A stretch of 64,000 nucleotides of DNA from Albugo candida. Taxonomy: Eukaryota. A program made the translations under genes and the position numbers. Below are positions 10,602-21,463 of this stretch, one piece after another. How positions within the stretch are numbered: position 1 is the stretch's first letter; the number at the start of each line of letters is the position of its first letter. Where the stretch lies: the NCBI GenBank assembly GCA_040437565.1, contig JBDOQK010000032.1, positions 248,001-312,000 of the forward strand, read 5' to 3'. Under the pieces are notes generated by a model. It was not told where the DNA came from and ran no database searches. It saw only the letters and a program-made list of their open reading frames with translations.

Positions 10602-12560
10602 ATGAGTGCGGACAGTACTCCCGATCTCTCCGAGTGCTCGGACGCAATCAAACTTGCAAGATCTTCGCGATGGGATGCGCTTTGCGATTTAGTAGAAGCA
10701 AAACCTGAAAGCGCGCAGCACGTCGATTCGTACGGAATGCTGCCGCTGCACTGGGCTTGTACAGAACCGCATTCATTCCAAGAAGGCATTTTAATGACAC
10801 TTTTGAAAGCGTACCCTCACGGTGCAAAACATAAAAATACAGCGGGAATGGTACCTTTACAAATAGCAATCAAAGCACAGGCAAATATTGAGTGGTTACA
10901 AGCTTTGTTAGCGTCATACCCCCAAGCAGTGCTAAAAAAGGTTCCTTCAGGGGAAAACGCGGTGCAACTCGCACGGAAGTGTCATTTGGAAGGACGTTCT
11001 ATCAAGCTATTGGAAGAAATGTATCTCCATGTTTGCGAGATGGAAGGTATTGACACCAATCAACATCAAACAGATGCCTTCCGAACACGTGTCGGAGGGG
11101 AAGACGCGGAGTGGAGTAACGAGAGAAAGCCTAAAGTAATTTCTATCGCTTCAATGAGTGACGTTCGAGCTATCAATCCACACAGTTTATCTGAAAGTGC
11201 TTATCAGTCGAGAAGTGGAGACTCAAAAGTGTATGGTGGAGTGACTGGAAACCACAGTGATGTTGGGATACACACGGACAAAGGGAACGGATTTGCGAAT
11301 TCTCTGTATGGATACCCACAAGGCTATAAGAGTCAAAGCGGACTTGCAACGCGAGCCATTGTATCCCTACCACCGCGATGGACAAATTCACCGAACTGTC
11401 AGATTTGTACGCAAAAATTTGGTCCTTTCAAAAAGCGACATCACTGTCGGAATTGCGGGCAATCCATTTGCAGTGATCACTCTGCGCGTGAAAAAATGCG
11501 CTTGCCTCATTATGGACTATACGATCGTCATCGAGTGTGTATCGTTTGTCATGACACGTTACGCGATATAAGTAGGCAAAGTTTGCAGCCAAGAAGGTCC
11601 AGACTAGTGTCAGCAGGTTCGGTAGGTGCTGTCTTGGGCATCCCACCTCGTCGTTCAGATGAGATTACCCGAGAATCTAGTCAGTATTATCATCAATTAA
11701 GGCTTGAACGACACGTATCAGCACCTGCAGTCTCTAACGCAAATCAACCAAGTGACAATGAGAATATACACCGCCAAGTGGAAGATTTACAGAAACAAGT
11801 TACAAAGCTGATGAGAGAAAAAGAGTTGGCTGAATCACAACTTCGCATTCAGACTGGATTACTGTTGGAAGCTGAGCGTCTTACAAACTCATCGCGTGCT
11901 AGTTCAAATGGAGTGAAACGATCGAGTGGAACTAGTCAAGAAGGACAACTATACAATGACCAAAGCAGTCTTATGAGCGCACACACTAACACTGAAGAAT
12001 GCAGCCGGTCAAATCTTGCAGAGGATTTTAACAAACACGGGTCCGCGGATGAGAGAGCGCCATCCACAGTGATCTCAGAGCCTGTGAGCAGTCCTCGTCC
12101 AGGTGCCTCCGATTCAGAAGATCAAGAAATAAGCAACATCAACAATGTTGACGAGGATGGTGCCGTACACGATAGTAGCTGCAGCATTGATAAAAGCGAA
12201 GATGATACATTGCTCGATGATGAGGACGAAGAGGACTCGTCGTCGCCAGAAGTTCAAGTCTTAGTGAGCCTGGGTCAATCTTTGTTGGACAAGGGAAGTG
12301 CGAATGCAGCCGTCCAAGCATTCAGTCGAGCAGTAGAGCTTTGTGCTAGTGATGCGGCGCTTTACAACTCCCTTGGCAAAGCACAATACGCTGACAATGA
12401 CATTGACGAAGCAATCAAATCTATTACGAAATCTATCGAATTGGAAGTCTCAGCAACCAATCTGACTCTACTCGGGAAAATCTATTTCGAAAAAGGAGAT
12501 CACGAGAAAGCCATTGAAGCGTACCAAAAATCATTGGCTATACAGCAACCGAGCGAATAA
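10602..12560 (+). CDS. Ankyrin-like + FYVE zinc finger + coiled coil + C-terminal TPR protein
   Basis: N-terminal G.LPLHWAC and G.VPLQIA ankyrin-like repeats; FYVE CQIC...KKRHHCRNCG..IC..H...RVC..C; heptad region; TPRs (LGQSLL..G...AAVQAFSRA, LGKIYFEKGDHEKAIEAYQKSL). Confidence 0.88.
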   Translation: MSADSTPDLSECSDAIKLARSSRWDALCDLVEAKPESAQHVDSYGMLPLHWACTEPHSFQEGILMTLLKAYPHGAKHKNTAGMVPLQIAIKAQANIEWLQALLASYPQAVLKKVPSGENAVQLARKCHLEGRSIKLLEEMYLHVCEMEGIDTNQHQTDAFRTRVGGEDAEWSNERKPKVISIASMSDVRAINPHSLSESAYQSRSGDSKVYGGVTGNHSDVGIHTDKGNGFANSLYGYPQGYKSQSGLATRAIVSLPPRWTNSPNCQICTQKFGPFKKRHHCRNCGQSICSDHSAREKMRLPHYGLYDRHRVCIVCHDTLRDISRQSLQPRRSRLVSAGSVGAVLGIPPRRSDEITRESSQYYHQLRLERHVSAPAVSNANQPSDNENIHRQVEDLQKQVTKLMREKELAESQLRIQTGLLLEAERLTNSSRASSNGVKRSSGTSQEGQLYNDQSSLMSAHTNTEECSRSNLAEDFNKHGSADERAPSTVISEPVSSPRPGASDSEDQEISNINNVDEDGAVHDSSCSIDKSEDDTLLDDEDEEDSSSPEVQVLVSLGQSLLDKGSANAAVQAFSRAVELCASDAALYNSLGKAQYADNDIDEAIKSITKSIELEVSATNLTLLGKIYFEKGDHEKAIEAYQKSLAIQQPSE

Positions 12561-12715
12561 GCTTGCACGTACAAGATATCTCTATCGTTTACTACATATA
12601 TATTTTATCCTCATGCCTCTTTCGCGTTTATATGTGTCGCTGAGTTACTTTCATCAGCTATGTGGTTTCTCACACGTTGCACGAGAGATTTATTGATAAT
12701 ACTGGTATTCGTGTA

Positions 12716-13881
12716 ATGCTTAAAGTACTGCGCTTCAAAGCGTTAGGAGTGCACGTAAAGTCCTTTCCTTTTGAGAGTTACTGTTCCACCGCAAATCTTC
12801 ATGTCTCTCGTCTTCAATGTCGACAAAGAGATACGATTAGTGATAATCACACGTTTTTCCACCATTTTCACTATTTGGAACCCTCAAAAAATAACGAGTG
12901 GAAAATAGTTCTAAAGGATCATCTTGAGGTAACATATATGCTTGTGAGTGGAGGACGACTTAAATTTTCTCTTTAGAGTCTGACGGTTCCTCCGACTTGG
13001 GAATTTGAATTAAAACGTCTTGAGCATCGTATTGGAATCACGTTTCAAGATCAGTTACACCTGCAATGCGCTTGTATCCATTTCGGATACTTTTCCGATG
13101 AAAAGCTCATATCTTCCGTACCAGCTCATCGTCTCTCAAATCGCAGTTTGGAGTTTCTCGGCGATTCAATTCTGAATTTTGTTGTTGCGTCGTACCTTTT
13201 CCAGCGAAATCCCATGTACTCCGAAGGTAAATTAACCATGACACGATCTTGCCTCGTGAACAATGAGGTTTTGGCAAAGATTTGCGTCGAAAACCTTAAA
13301 TTACATCGATGTCTGCTGGTGGCAACTGAGTACGAGAAGTATATAGATATGGGAGACATTGATGAACACGATACCGCGATATGTAACACAGCTCGAATCA
13401 AAGGAATGCGAACGATCAAAGCTGGTGCCGTTGAAGCGCTTATAGCAGCAATTTATGTGGATCAAGGTCTTGAAAAAGCGATAGCTTTTGTCAATGAGCA
13501 AGTGATTCCGAGCGCTTGCGAGTATGGCAGGAAAACACCGGAAAATCCAGTGCGAGAATTACAAGAGCTGCTACAAAAGTATGGAAAGGGCCATCCCGTG
13601 TACAGGTATGCCTGAAAACCGCTCCATTAACTCCTTTTGTCACGTCACGCGTCTATCTGCGTAGGCGGCTTCCTGCGCCAGACAACAGTGAGACTCTTGT
13701 TGTCGAGCTTCGAGTAGAAGGAAGGGTAAGACCTGCACGCTCACATCTTGATGATTGCTCGGCTGATGTGAAATTTACTGTATGATAGTTGCTCACGTCG
13801 ATGTCAGGGCGCTCGTATCGTGAAGCTCGATTAGAAGCTGCAAAGAAAGGTCTCGAAATTTACCATCGGGAATTACAATAG
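12716..13881 (+). CDS. Bacterial-type (class I) RNase III domain + dsRBD protein with a probable organellar presequence; 3 introns
   Basis: LEHRIGITF....LQCACIH, signature SLEFLGDSIL, EGKLT..RS.LVNNE.LA, AVEALIAAIYVDQG, dsRBD start NPVRELQELLQ, end EARLEAAKKGL. First intron 12929-12976; others begin near 13606 and 13726. Confidence 0.85.
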
Positions 13882-13932
13882 ATAGTGCAAGAATGGCTTC
13901 ATAAAGAACGCAAATGCGGTGGACCAAACTCA

Positions 13933-14576
13933 TCAGAATTCTGCTTCGTCACTTCCATCCTCTTCCTCACTCTCATCTTCTTCCATGATATTTGACATTG
14001 ACTTTGGCGTAAAGTCATCCATAGGTTTCGATAACGCCGCAGCTGCAGCTCGTCGTTGTGTACGAGGAATGATATTGGACGTGTCCAGACCTACGTAATC
14101 GTCTTGATTCAGCTTTACTTCAGGATCTGATTCTTCATCCTCATTTTCGTGTTGACTCATTTTCCGCTTCTTCGCCTGAGGGAAAAAACAGAGTAAGAAG
14201 ACAATTTTGATGATACTTTTTGGCAATCGTACTTTGGGACCTGGGTTCTCGCCTTTAGCTTCATAATCATCGTCGTCTTCTTCATCGTCGACTTCATTCG
14301 TCCCTTCGACTAGCTCATCCTCATCTTCATCCTCGGCATCTTCCTCAACTTCGTCCTCTTCCTCATGATCATCCTCATCTTCATCGGAGGTCTTATTCGT
14401 ATTAAGCGCCTTCCGACTGTCTGTAGGTTCGCTTTCCTTTACTTCTTTTCCTGAATGCTTCTTTTCCGCAATGTCAGTTTTGCTGTATAAATTGCGACGT
14501 ATCAAATCAAACGAATATTATGCGAAAGCAGTGATGATTCCAACCTTTTTTCTGTCTTTGCTGCGGGTCTACCCAT
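13933..14576 (-). CDS. Acidic nuclear protein with a CHZ (histone chaperone)-like motif; about 2 introns
   Basis: First exon MGRPAAKTEK, long D/E tracts, AKKRK NLS-like stretch, and GLDTSNIIPRTQRR resembling the CHZ-domain consensus. Confidence 0.6.
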
Positions 14577-14922
14577 TATATTTGTAGCTTTACGGACACT
14601 ATCAATACACTCTCGGCCGACGCTAACTGCTATTGATTGACTGGAACTAACGGCCACGTTTCAATTAAGTCACCTCACGTAAATTAAATTAGCGACCTGT
14701 GAAATTCTATAAACCGTCGGAAACGCGATGGAAAGAGCGAAGAAGTGCGCAAAATGGGAGAAATAATATTATATTTCTCTCTTTTTCATTCTCTCGTGCC
14801 CTTTGGAATCACATGTCGCATTCCTTGCATGCAAAACAAGCACATTTGACTCAAAAAAATAAACCATTGGGAAATCTATAGAGCAAGTCGCTTGGTTCAC
14901 CATGCAGGAAAATGTTTTTCAT

Positions 14923-15333
14923 TTAGTTTGTCGCGGATTTCTTCGACACCGCAACAGTGCCTTCACGAAATCCATGCTTGAATCTGCGAGAAACTGTTTT
15001 CAAGTATCTCATGCGGCCAGTGCCTTGCGTACGACGTCGAAGCGCTTTCTCACTCCAGTTGTCTACAAAACGAATGCAATTCGCAGCACATTTAAAATAC
15101 AAGTGCGTTGCGATAGAGATAGAATAGACTTACATCTGCGCATTTTAGCAGCCGGATATCCACAAGACGCGCAGGTGCTTTTCTGGATGTGGTAAGAGCT
15201 CTTTCCACATCGTCGGCATTGTGTGTGAGTCTTATTGTGACGCTTTCCGAAACTTGTCGTACCTTTCGTCTAAAGCAAATACAAAAGGATGAGGTCTCAA
15301 TGTAGAGTAGAATGCAACTGTGTGCGATACCAT
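14923..15333 (-). CDS. RPL37: 60S ribosomal protein L37 (eL37); 2 introns, first coding exon is the ATG alone
   Basis: Spliced [81 protein letters not shown]. Confidence 0.96.
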
Positions 15334-15583
15334 TTTGTGTTATCAATTAGTCGAAAGCAACGGGCAAAATACTTTCAAGGATTTACTTCCAGGCACGCCG
15401 ATTTCCAGCCAACCAAAAACACAGCGAAAAGAAGATAGTACAGAGACCGTTTCTTTACAAGACCCTACGTAGTGACATCTATCGTATTATTTCCATTATA
15501 GCTATCTCATTGTATTATACTATGTCTCCACTGACGAATCCGTTCCACTCGAAAGCTTCGTGCATTTACATCTTACAACATAT

Positions 15584-17213
15584 TTATGGAATACTGGCAC
15601 GTTCGTGACGTTTCTCCATGCATTGCTTCATATAAGGTTCACTCTGCATCTTTATGACAAATGAGAAGAATTCATAAATTACGTTTGTGAGCGTACCTCC
15701 AATAAGCGTGAAACTGTTCTATCAAAAGCGAAAATCTCATCAATATGCTCCTTTGACTCATGTGCTTCAATAGAAAGCAAATTTTCTGGGGGAGCCTCTG
15801 CGAGACAATGAAGCTATTCGGAACAGACATCACACACATTCACTAATAGTGCAGGAGGACGTACCTCCACTCCATTGTCATACATGCAGTCCACAAAGGT
15901 AATAAACCTACGTAGCTATCGCAAAATGTTATATAACGCGGACAATCGGAAACATCGAGCAAGTTCACCGAATTCAGCCTGGATAAATCAAGCAGTATAA
16001 TATCTTCAAAAAACACAATGGGGAATGTTTTGGCAATAAGAAGATAATCGGAGGCTCCGTGGGGTTTCTCGCAAAATTCGCGGAAGGAGATTTTGCACAC
16101 CCCGGCACAGCATATCGCTTCAGCGATATGTATACTACGATTGTGCATCTGTAGCGTCGTCGATTCTATTTTCTGATTCTTTGCGAGTTGCTGGAATGTT
16201 GCCTGAAAACTAGCCTTGTTGTCGTGCGTGAGAGGATACATGTAAAGATCTTGTTCCTTTCGATGACTTTTGATCAATCGATGATCTGTGGTGGACTCGG
16301 CCAATGAGAGAACATGACATTTATCCTGCAGAAGATCTATGAACGGGAGAAACAACTCGCGTTGTAACCCATTTTTGTAAAGTTCGCGAGGAGGTCGGTT
16401 AGAGGTAGCAATCATAATGCACCCACGCACTAACAACCGGGAAAATAGACGTTGGATCATTAGCGCATCTGCTACATCAGTGACCTGGAACTCATCAAAG
16501 CACAAGATCCACGTATCACTAAGAATCTCATCAGCGATACACGTAATGCCATCTTTCTGCTTTCCCTCTTGCTGTCTCAGTTGATGCATTCTGTCATGCA
16601 GTCCGAGCATAAACTTATGAAAATGAACACGACGTTTTTGAGGAATTGAGATACATTCAAGAAAAAGATCCATCATAAACGTTTTCCCGCACCCGACACC
16701 TCCATAAAGGTATAATCCTCTGGGCGCTTCAATTTTTTGGAAGGCAGATATCTCTTTCCCTTGTGCGCTATTTCCGTCTTTCGTGCTTCTGATACGTGAC
16801 CAAAGAGAATGCAAACTTAGCGAGAACGCTGAATCATTTACAGGTAGCTTTTGGGGCCCTCTGTATGAGTTGATGGCACGCAATAGATCATCGAAATACT
16901 CGATCATTTGCGCTTGAATAGGATCGTACGCAATCAATTTCTTATGTGCCATATACTCGTACTTTTCACGAAATATATCTGGGTGTTTGAGCTGGGATAC
17001 CGAGAATGGATGCTGACAGCACCGAGAAGGGCTCGAGTGATACAGAGCGCATTGCAAAAGCGCCACAGATCGACTCGAATTAAAGCGGCGAAGCAAGGTC
17101 ATTTGTCCTGGAATATGATTGAACATAAATAATAATCTCGCCTTTTGATTCGTCAAAAAGGATGGCAATGCGAAAGTTGCAAAGCTATAAAAAAATGGAT
17201 TATCTAAGAGCAT
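15584..17213 (-). CDS. AFG1: AFG1/LACE1 (ZapE-family) mitochondrial AAA ATPase; 3 introns near the 3' end; start may be 17126 or 17102
   Basis: GLYLYGGVGCGKT, CFDEFQVTDVADA, ATSNRPP.ELYKNGLQR; spliced tail RRFITFVDCMYD...FAFDRTVSRLLEMQS. Confidence 0.92.
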
Positions 17214-17231
17214 TCGCGATAATTTCTAAAA

Positions 17232-18394
17232 TCATAAATTTCCACTCAGTGCAATTTGAATGGTGAGGAACGTTATGAATGCCATTGCTGTTGCTGTTGC
17301 GGTCGACTTGAAAGACTTTGTGTCCTCCAATGATTCAGGAATCAACTCTTCCAGAGCAACCAAGGCCATCGCACCACCAGCAAAGCCGAGTCCAGCAGGC
17401 AAAATCGGCAAAAACTACAGTCAACAGGTAAGTAAGAGCATTTTTTACGAGAAGAGCAACTCACAGTCTCGACAAATGCGTATGACGGAACGGCAAATAT
17501 TGGCTGAGGGATACTCGAAATAATCGCCCAAAGCATTGCAAAGAACGGACTCATACCCCGTGGAACTAGTGCAAGACTGATTGCAATGCCTTCTGGGATG
17601 TTGTGTATCGCCATTGTCATTGTCACAACATGACCTCGGTGAAAACCTCCTTCTCCTCCAAATGAGACCCCAACTCCAACCTACGCAAAATCGATTAGAA
17701 ATTGATATATCGAGAACATTTGAATGATAATGTAAAGCATTACCCCCTCCGATATCGAATGAAGTGTCATAACAGCCATGATTAATAAAGCCTTTTGAGC
17801 ATTTAAACCCTCTAACCCACAAACTTTTACGTCATCGTGGTCTTTTAGAAACAGTTTTGTGAAGCGGATGAATATTACTCCCAATAAAATTCCAAGAAAT
17901 AGTCGATATCCCAGTGAGACTTGATATTCGGAAGTTTGAGGGATATACAAGGCTTCGTAAAACAAACAACCTGTCGCAGCGAGCATCATCCCTGCAGCCA
18001 ATGCATTGCAAATACCAAGCCAGTATTTGTCAACATCCTGAATCCAGAAAAATGGGATGGCGCCAATCCCGGTCGTTATTGCCGTGATCCAACCACACCA
18101 CCACACATAATAAGCACTCTTTCCAGCATCCCTTGCCGGTATACTATACAACGTGATGGATATGAAAATTGTTGCTAGCGCATAAGCGACATACTGCGCA
18201 CGCAGAGAAGCGGAAGGCTTCGGGGGTGTATCTCGGTCATTCGACTCCAAAAATTGATCTGTCTCTCCCTCAAATTCCCCAGGACTCAAATTAGTTGCAA
18301 AAAGCTCACTTTCATCCTCCAGCACCATTACTGTGTCTGATAGCTTTCGATGTTTTTCTCGTACTACAGGCAGCTGAAGGGACTTGTATTCCAT
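17232..18394 (-). CDS. ZIP-family (ZupT/GufA-like) zinc/iron transporter; 2 introns
   Basis: Multiple TM helices with AAGMMLAA, TLHSISEG..VGVSF, AIHNIPEGIAI and GFAGGAM......ELIPE motifs. Confidence 0.9.
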
Positions 18395-18616
18395 TTGCGT
18401 TGCGTTTATTTTTTATATCACGTTTGGATTGAGATGTTACGATAAAATGCAAAATGCACAATCAAGCGGGGAGAAAGAGCTCAGAATCGATTGACAGGTC
18501 TGAACATGTGTCAGTGCGGGTAGAATACAGTTCGACCACGCACCTTGTTTCATGTACACTGTAATACCTCATTTAATGTACAAATAGTGTAAATCTTTTA
18601 TTCTGTTATCGCACAA

Positions 18617-19531
18617 ATGTCAACGCTAACCAGCTCGGATTTTGGAGAATTGAAGCGTCCCACGACGCGTGTGCATGCGCCCCCAGGAGGTGAATCGTCT
18701 TGGAACTTTATGCATGGTGATGCGCAACCGCCTTCACAGAAACCACGAATGGAAACATCGCAAAGCGTCCCAGCGCCAGAATCAGGATCATTCGGGCACG
18801 TCAACAATAGTGCTCAAGAAAAGACTTTCAACGCGACCAAACCAAACGTTCCCACAGATGCGCAACATGCTGCAAAGCTTCGTATTGCTTTGATCAAAAC
18901 GACAATTGATGGAGAGATTGTCAACTTAATGGCTCAGAATTGCTGGGGAAAATTACAGAATAAGCCAGGGATAACGACTGAAGTTTTCTCCGTTTCCAAT
19001 TTGGAAGAATTACCGTACGCCGCAAACAAATTACTTCAATACGGAGGTTTTGATGGGGTCATTTGTTTCGGCTTTCTCAACACTACTGATGCGTTATCTA
19101 ACGCGTTAGCTGCTTGTTTGACACAAGCAATTATCGACATCAGCGTGAAGAATGTCAAGCCTGTTATTCGTGCAATTTTCATGGGAGAGCCTCGTGTTGC
19201 CGGTGTGAAGGCGAAGAGTGGTTGGGGAGAAGAGTTTGCTGCAAACATCAGCGGGCTCATTCGTCTCGGTGGGTTTGTGAACAGAGATACTGGGAGCAGC
19301 TCAAGTGCCGGAAGCCCCAACTTGGAACACGTACTCGTTGAGACCAGTGAAAGCAATAGCATGGACACGAGCGACATCGATACTCCTATGCATACTCCTC
19401 AAAGCAATATCCCGGCGGCAACCGTAGCGCAATCGAATGCAAACGCTCAAGAAAACTTTAGACCGAAATTTCAGCAACATTCGAAACGAAAGCAATATGG
19501 TGCAGGTGAGAGCTCTGTGGTGTTTGGATGA
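18617..19531 (+). CDS. Degenerate lumazine-synthase (RibH)-fold domain flanked by SPIRAL1/Jupiter-like PGG motifs
   Basis: aa ~86-218 align by eye to RibH (LRIALI...VS..EELPYAA.KL...G.FDGVICFG...ISV...KPVI..I....G.E.A). N-terminal RPTTRVHAPPGGESSWNF; C-terminal GAGESSVVFG. Confidence 0.72.
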   Translation: MSTLTSSDFGELKRPTTRVHAPPGGESSWNFMHGDAQPPSQKPRMETSQSVPAPESGSFGHVNNSAQEKTFNATKPNVPTDAQHAAKLRIALIKTTIDGEIVNLMAQNCWGKLQNKPGITTEVFSVSNLEELPYAANKLLQYGGFDGVICFGFLNTTDALSNALAACLTQAIIDISVKNVKPVIRAIFMGEPRVAGVKAKSGWGEEFAANISGLIRLGGFVNRDTGSSSSAGSPNLEHVLVETSESNSMDTSDIDTPMHTPQSNIPAATVAQSNANAQENFRPKFQQHSKRKQYGAGESSVVFG

Positions 19532-19657
19532 GCGCTACATTCACCTCAATCTAGTTTTTGAGGTTGCTGTTGTGAGGAAGTGTGCCTAAGCAATAAACAT
19601 TTTACTCCACTGGTTGTGCGTTTTTCACCATGTAGTATCAGAGCTCAAAGAGCTAAA

Positions 19658-19753
19658 TGTTCCGGATGCCTCAACATTATACTGTGTCCTCATGAACATT
19701 CGGAGTATATTAAAGTTTTTGAGTAATTGTTTCTATCATCGGCATCCGGAACA
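19658..19753 (-). ncRNA. Candidate box C/D snoRNA guiding 18S rRNA 2'-O-methylation
   Basis: Perfect 13-bp terminal stem (19658-19670 / 19741-19753); box C ATGATAG, D' CCGA, C' ATGAGGA, box D TTGA; 13-nt guide antisense to the conserved SSU rRNA sequence GTATATTAAAGTT. Confidence 0.75.
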
Positions 19754-19871
19754 AATGTACGTGCTCAAAGCTTAGTTTCGCCTGATGGTTGTGGGTGGGA
19801 AAAAGTTGCAAGCCAGCGAAAGAGAAACTGATGAACACTTTTTGTCAGGACAGTCTCCAATTACAATGTTT

Positions 19872-20369
19872 CTATTGCTCTGGGATATCTAGCTCTCCTT
19901 CTGAGATCATTCGCTGAATTTCTGTTGGCGCTTCTCCGTTCACAGTGCATCCTAAAGAACTTGCCGTTCCAAGAATTTCTTTCACAGTTCCTGTAAGGGT
20001 TCTGGCAATAGAACGTTCTCGCATCACTCTGGCAACATCAATGATTTGATCCAACGATAAATTACCATCGTGTTTGATGTTCTTGACTTTCTTGCGATTT
20101 CTTGGCGGTTCCTTCAGCTCTTTCACCAAAAGCGATGAGGCACTTGGAACCAAAGACACAGTTGCTTGACGGTTCACAATTGTGAGCTTCACAGTGACAT
20201 TAAGTCCCTTCCAATCTTGAGTAGCCTTGCAGATATCTTCACCAATTTTCTTGGGAGAAAGACCTAAAGGTCCGACTTTTGGAGCAAGTGTAGATGCAGG
20301 TGCGACCTCGCCTCCAACTGTCCGTAAAATGACGATCTTTTCTTCGCCTGCTGGTGGAGGTGGAGCCAT
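19872..20369 (-). CDS. RPL12: 60S ribosomal protein L12 (uL11)
   Basis: [57 protein letters not shown]. Confidence 0.97.
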   Translation of the reverse strand: MAPPPPAGEEKIVILRTVGGEVAPASTLAPKVGPLGLSPKKIGEDICKATQDWKGLNVTVKLTIVNRQATVSLVPSASSLLVKELKEPPRNRKKVKNIKHDGNLSLDQIIDVARVMRERSIARTLTGTVKEILGTASSLGCTVNGEAPTEIQRMISEGELDIPEQ

Positions 20370-20566
20370 ATTTTTTATAGAGGATGCTAGGACTTGCGTT
20401 GACTGCCGAAATTGCGGAATGCAATTGTGTCAGCCAACGAAAAAAAAACCTCAAAGAAGAGGTGTAATTACTTAACAGTAGGTTTGCGTATATAATTAAA
20501 GTATGATCGGGAGCATCGGTCAAGTAATGTCTCAGCTCTGGTCATTTATTATGCATTTAGATAGGA

Positions 20567-21463
20567 CTACATTTTATAGTTGGCGGGTTGATCCAGAGGG
20601 TTAACAGTCTCGGAAGATGACTTCGTCCGCAATAATCCAGAATGAAATGAAATGCTAGAAGAAGCAATGGAAGGAATATCTGTTCTGGAAGCTGGAGCGA
20701 GGTCATGACTTTTTACCCGATATACATTTTCCATCCGATAAAAAATTGCCACGATGAATCCTGATGTCGCCATTATAGTACCAAATACGATGAGATAGAA
20801 GGAGGGACCGAGAGTGCTCTCTTTTCCCAAAAGTTGTTTCGTGTAAATTGTCCATTCCACAATTACGAGACATCCAGCTAGTGCTGTCAATGCACTAAAG
20901 CATAAAATGCAAAAGCATACCAGGGTTTTAGCCTTGATCACATTCTTCGAAAATCGGGATGAGAAAATCCATGTTAGTCCAAAGATTTTCTTTATCTTCT
21001 TCGTAAACCTACGCTGTAGTGCGTATAAAACTGCCATGATCGCGGTCATGACACTAAGACAAATCAACGTGAAGATAGTGTAAGCAGTGGATTCCAGAAA
21101 GAAGAGACAAATCAGCCGATCAATTGCTTGCTTGAACCAAGATTCTGCTTCTCGATATCGACACCATAGCAGTCTTACTGTATTGTGATTTTTCCTCAAT
21201 GTCTTGCCATTATGTGGTGGAAGAGTGTTAATAGACTCACTTCCAAAATCTGTCAGCTTTCGCTGATCATAGTAGGAATGGCACGAGGTATTGCGTTTAT
21301 CCTTGAACTCCATGCAATACAAAGTCGGAGCAAAAATGATACGCTGTAACGATTTCGACTGCCGGTCGTTTACGTAAACCAGTGTCCATGATTGATATCG
21401 TAGAGCCAACGCGAAGAGTAGAAGTGCCACGACTTGCAATCCAGCAACCAACCAGCGTAGCAT
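20567..21463 (-). CDS. Four-TM membrane protein (claudin/SUR7-like topology), probably with an in-frame intron near 20896-20955
   Basis: N-terminal TM, Cys-containing extracellular loop, three further hydrophobic segments ending LGPSFYLIVFG, Ser-rich tail. Confidence 0.55.
   Translation of the reverse strand: MLRWLVAGLQVVALLLFALALRYQSWTLVYVNDRQSKSLQRIIFAPTLYCMEFKDKRNTSCHSYYDQRKLTDFGSESINTLPPHNGKTLRKNHNTVRLLWCRYREAESWFKQAIDRLICLFFLESTAYTIFTLICLSVMTAIMAVLYALQRRFTKKIKKIFGLTWIFSSRFSKNVIKAKTLVCFCILCFSALTALAGCLVIVEWTIYTKQLLGKESTLGPSFYLIVFGTIMATSGFIVAIFYRMENVYRVKSHDLAPASRTDIPSIASSSISFHSGLLRTKSSSETVNPLDQPANYKM

Noticed and set aside
14902-15195. Plus-strand 97-aa ORF, and similar antisense ORFs over RPL12, TPS, NDK and the LPA1-like gene
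   Set aside because: These are shadows of real genes on the opposite strand.
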